This document shows, piece by piece, positions 61,777 through 64,000 of a stretch of 64,000 nucleotides of DNA (within the stretch, counting starts at the first letter, position 1; every line of letters begins with the position of its first letter). The notes under the pieces are model-generated. The model worked only from the letters and a program-made list of their open reading frames with translations. It was not told the DNA's origin and searched no databases. Position numbers and translations under genes: made by a program. Origin of the DNA: Vampirovibrionaceae bacterium NZW_1234 (GTDB lineage Bacteria; Cyanobacteriota; Vampirovibrionia; Vampirovibrionales; JAGQHJ01); contig JBGUGD010000023.1 of assembly GCA_041697335.1 (NCBI GenBank), positions 96,001-160,000 of the forward strand, in the 5' to 3' direction.

Positions 61777-62152
61777 ACACCGTCTCATTTACCGAACGTG
61801 ATTTGCCAGCCGTGTTTTCAATACCGTCCTGAATTTATGAGGGGCGGAGCCCTCATGGGCCTCTTTTTTAATTACATCTGTAACAAATTGTAAATTCTTT
61901 GCGGCAGTACGCAATTTTACATCTTCACGACGCTTTATATCGGTGCAAGGTAAACCACACACTGATACGAAATGACAGTGATGTGCTTGCATACTGCCTC
62001 TCTCTATCCGTTATCTCTTGCTACTCCCCCCTCAGCAAGAGATTTTTTTTTGTGCACTTTTCAAAAGACCTCCCTCAGGCAAATTTGGGTCCCGACATGT
62101 TTTCGTTGGAACAGAAAATAAGCGCCTCTTAACCGATGGATGATCGCAACCT

Positions 62153-62959
62153 ATGACCATGGCTTTTGCAGTTTCTCCCCGTTTTGGCTGGCACCGAACG
62201 AAGCCGCCTTCGGCCGAAATCCGATTCTCGCCAGCCGATATCCGAAATCTCCAAACCCTGGAGCCCACCGACAGTTTTACCGAAAAAGTGGCCGAAAAGC
62301 TGGTCGGCGACTCGGACGAGTCCCCCCGCTTTGCGGTCATTCCGGGCCTCTTGTCCACCCTGGGTTCTGCCGTTAAAGCACGGATATTTCAATGGCAAGT
62401 GTCCCGGGCGGTTTTTGAGAAACTCAGCCGACGCGATCCGGATCGCTTTGGCGTGTGGCCCGGGTTTTACCCCGCCCTGCATGCCCAGTACCGAAGCCAC
62501 TCCGAGCCTCTAACCGAGTTGCACCAGGATGGCGGGGGTGTTCTGGTCTCCCTGACCTATGGCCAGAACAAGGGGTTGGAAGGGGGCGCACCGCGTCTGG
62601 CCGATGTCCGCCAATTCTGTCGGGATGCCAAAACCACATTGATGTCTGTCCGCGGCAAACCCCGAGACAATTACCTCAGGCCGGATGTGGATGCCCGGGT
62701 GCTGAAGGACTATGCCATCGACATCGATGATCTGGAGATGAGCCGGGACATGGGCATGGTCATCCTGAACAATACCGATGACGGCGTGTTTCATGCCGGT
62801 GCTCCGGCTCGTAAGACAGCCGGTACCCTTCGGCCCACGCGCCCGTTGGGGGTCATTCGCATTTCCAACAACGAATCCGAACCTGCGAGCGTGGCCGTAA
62901 ACGGTTTTCTACAGGCTTTTTTCGACGGCCAGGTGGACCCTACGTTCCGTAAATCCTAG
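62153..62959 (+). CDS. Putative TauD-like Fe(II)/2OG dioxygenase with N-terminal RFG extension
   Basis: LHQD, GGAPRLAD, ILNN...FHAG match a TauD/clavaminate-synthase-like motif order. Confidence 0.6.
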   Translation: MTMAFAVSPRFGWHRTKPPSAEIRFSPADIRNLQTLEPTDSFTEKVAEKLVGDSDESPRFAVIPGLLSTLGSAVKARIFQWQVSRAVFEKLSRRDPDRFGVWPGFYPALHAQYRSHSEPLTELHQDGGGVLVSLTYGQNKGLEGGAPRLADVRQFCRDAKTTLMSVRGKPRDNYLRPDVDARVLKDYAIDIDDLEMSRDMGMVILNNTDDGVFHAGAPARKTAGTLRPTRPLGVIRISNNESEPASVAVNGFLQAFFDGQVDPTFRKS

Positions 62960-62991
62960 TCGCTTCACATGCCTCTGGTTTCTGTGACTCG

Positions 62992-63684
62992 TCAGGCAGG
63001 CTGCTGTTTTTTGCTGACAGTGATATTGGGCAGTTGGAGGTAAAGGGGCTTCAAGGTCTCCCAGCTCACTGCAAAGCGAGTGGCCTGATGCTGCATCAGA
63101 AACTGCATGGCCTCAGGGGAAAACCAGTCGGTTTTTTCCAGGATGAGGGGCGATTGAGGCGCCGTCGATGTCCACTGCAATTTGTTTTCAAGAAAGGCTT
63201 CCAGAATCACGATGTCACTGTGGATTTCAGGCGGGGCCTCATTGGGGCAAACAAACGGCGCCGTCGTCCAGTGGGTTTCGCCGGATTCGGAGACCGTCAG
63301 GACGGCATGATAATGCTGTTGCCGGGAGGCATTGAGGAGAACCGTGACGGATTTTTCCCGAAACATCGGGTGGGCCGCAATCAGCTCAAAGGTGTTCATG
63401 GCAAACACCTTTACTGGCAGGAATTGCCCCAGAATCCGGGCAACAGTCATCCCGGTCCGAATCCCGGTAAAGCTGCCGGGCCCCATGTTCAGGACAATGT
63501 GGCTTAAATCCGTGGCAGTCTTGTGGTGTTGGGTCAACAGACCGGAAAGCACCGGTAACAGAATCGTCGAGTGATAGCGGTAGGAGGTATGGGCTTCCGT
63601 ATGCCGGGCCAATACCCCGGTGTCATCGGTCAGCATCAGCATCAGTGTGGCCTGGGTGGTATCCAGAAAAAGGTTAAGGCTCAT
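62992..63684 (-). CDS. tsaB: t6A biosynthesis protein TsaB
   Basis: LDT, GPGSFTGIRTG, PLYL. Confidence 0.92.
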   Translation of the reverse strand: MSLNLFLDTTQATLMLMLTDDTGVLARHTEAHTSYRYHSTILLPVLSGLLTQHHKTATDLSHIVLNMGPGSFTGIRTGMTVARILGQFLPVKVFAMNTFELIAAHPMFREKSVTVLLNASRQQHYHAVLTVSESGETHWTTAPFVCPNEAPPEIHSDIVILEAFLENKLQWTSTAPQSPLILEKTDWFSPEAMQFLMQHQATRFAVSWETLKPLYLQLPNITVSKKQQPA

Positions 63685-64000
63685 GGGAAAAACCCTCCAT
63701 CAACTGCGTCAGGGCGTTGGCGTGTTGCGTTTCAATCTGCAGCCGACGTCCCTCGGGACCGCCCGATGTATCGTAGGCAAAGTCCAGATGCCATGTCCAT
63801 CGATAGTCCAAATCCGGAGCCAGATCCGCCCATTCCATTAAGACAAGACCCTGGGTGGCGGATTCGTCCAGGTAGGCTTCCAGCTCCGGCAGGTTCGCCG
63901 CCAGTTCCTCCGGCGTCAGACGATAGAAGTCCCCGTGAAACACCGTCAGGTGATCGCCGTGATACTCGTTCAGCAACGTAAACGTGGGGCTGGTAATGGC
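63674..64000 (-). CDS. tsaE: t6A biosynthesis ATPase TsaE (5' end outside the window)
   Basis: ITSPTFTLLNEY, HGDFYRL, MEWA; adjacent to tsaB. Confidence 0.9.
   Translation of the reverse strand, partial: AITSPTFTLLNEYHGDHLTVFHGDFYRLTPEELAANLPELEAYLDESATQGLVLMEWADLAPDLDYRWTWHLDFAYDTSGGPEGRRLQIETQHANALTQLMEGFSHEP

Noticed and set aside
1..64000. tRNA, rRNA, transposase, integrase or prophage genes
   Set aside because: None recognised by eye; tRNAscan-SE and Infernal would be needed to exclude small RNAs

Overview
Bacterial chromosomal window from a Gram-negative (TolC/RND), non-photosynthetic organism. DUF3326 and the general gene style suggest a cyanobacteria-related lineage such as Vampirovibrionia/Melainabacteria, which is inference. 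It carries housekeeping genes (typA, cyclophilin, murE, tilS-hpt, pip, pepN, rplY, Leu/Phe/Val dehydrogenase, tsaB/tsaE), an RND efflux operon, an AT-rich GT9/FkbM island, a PAS two-component cassette and many peptidases. The main discovery is an atypical multi-core graspetide (microviridin/marinostatin-like) RiPP locus. Two precursors carry 5x TxKFPSDQEGG and 6x TMKAPSDDESG cores, a very short YF(L/F)DYA leader and a hydrophobic C-terminal follower helix. They are served by two paralogous MdnC/MvdD-like ATP-grasp ligases, and a GCAAT-N18-TTTATATA promoter-like motif precedes both precursors and the next gene. A second RiPP-like pair (PMGILPID-repeat peptide with the same kind of C-terminal helix, plus a JmjC oxygenase) lies at 53-55 kb. 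Other oddities are a phased TTACTCA direct-repeat array, a recurrent N-terminal 'RFG' extension on unrelated proteins, and an FtsH with a HExxxH motif. No rRNA, tRNA, CRISPR or transposase was recognised.
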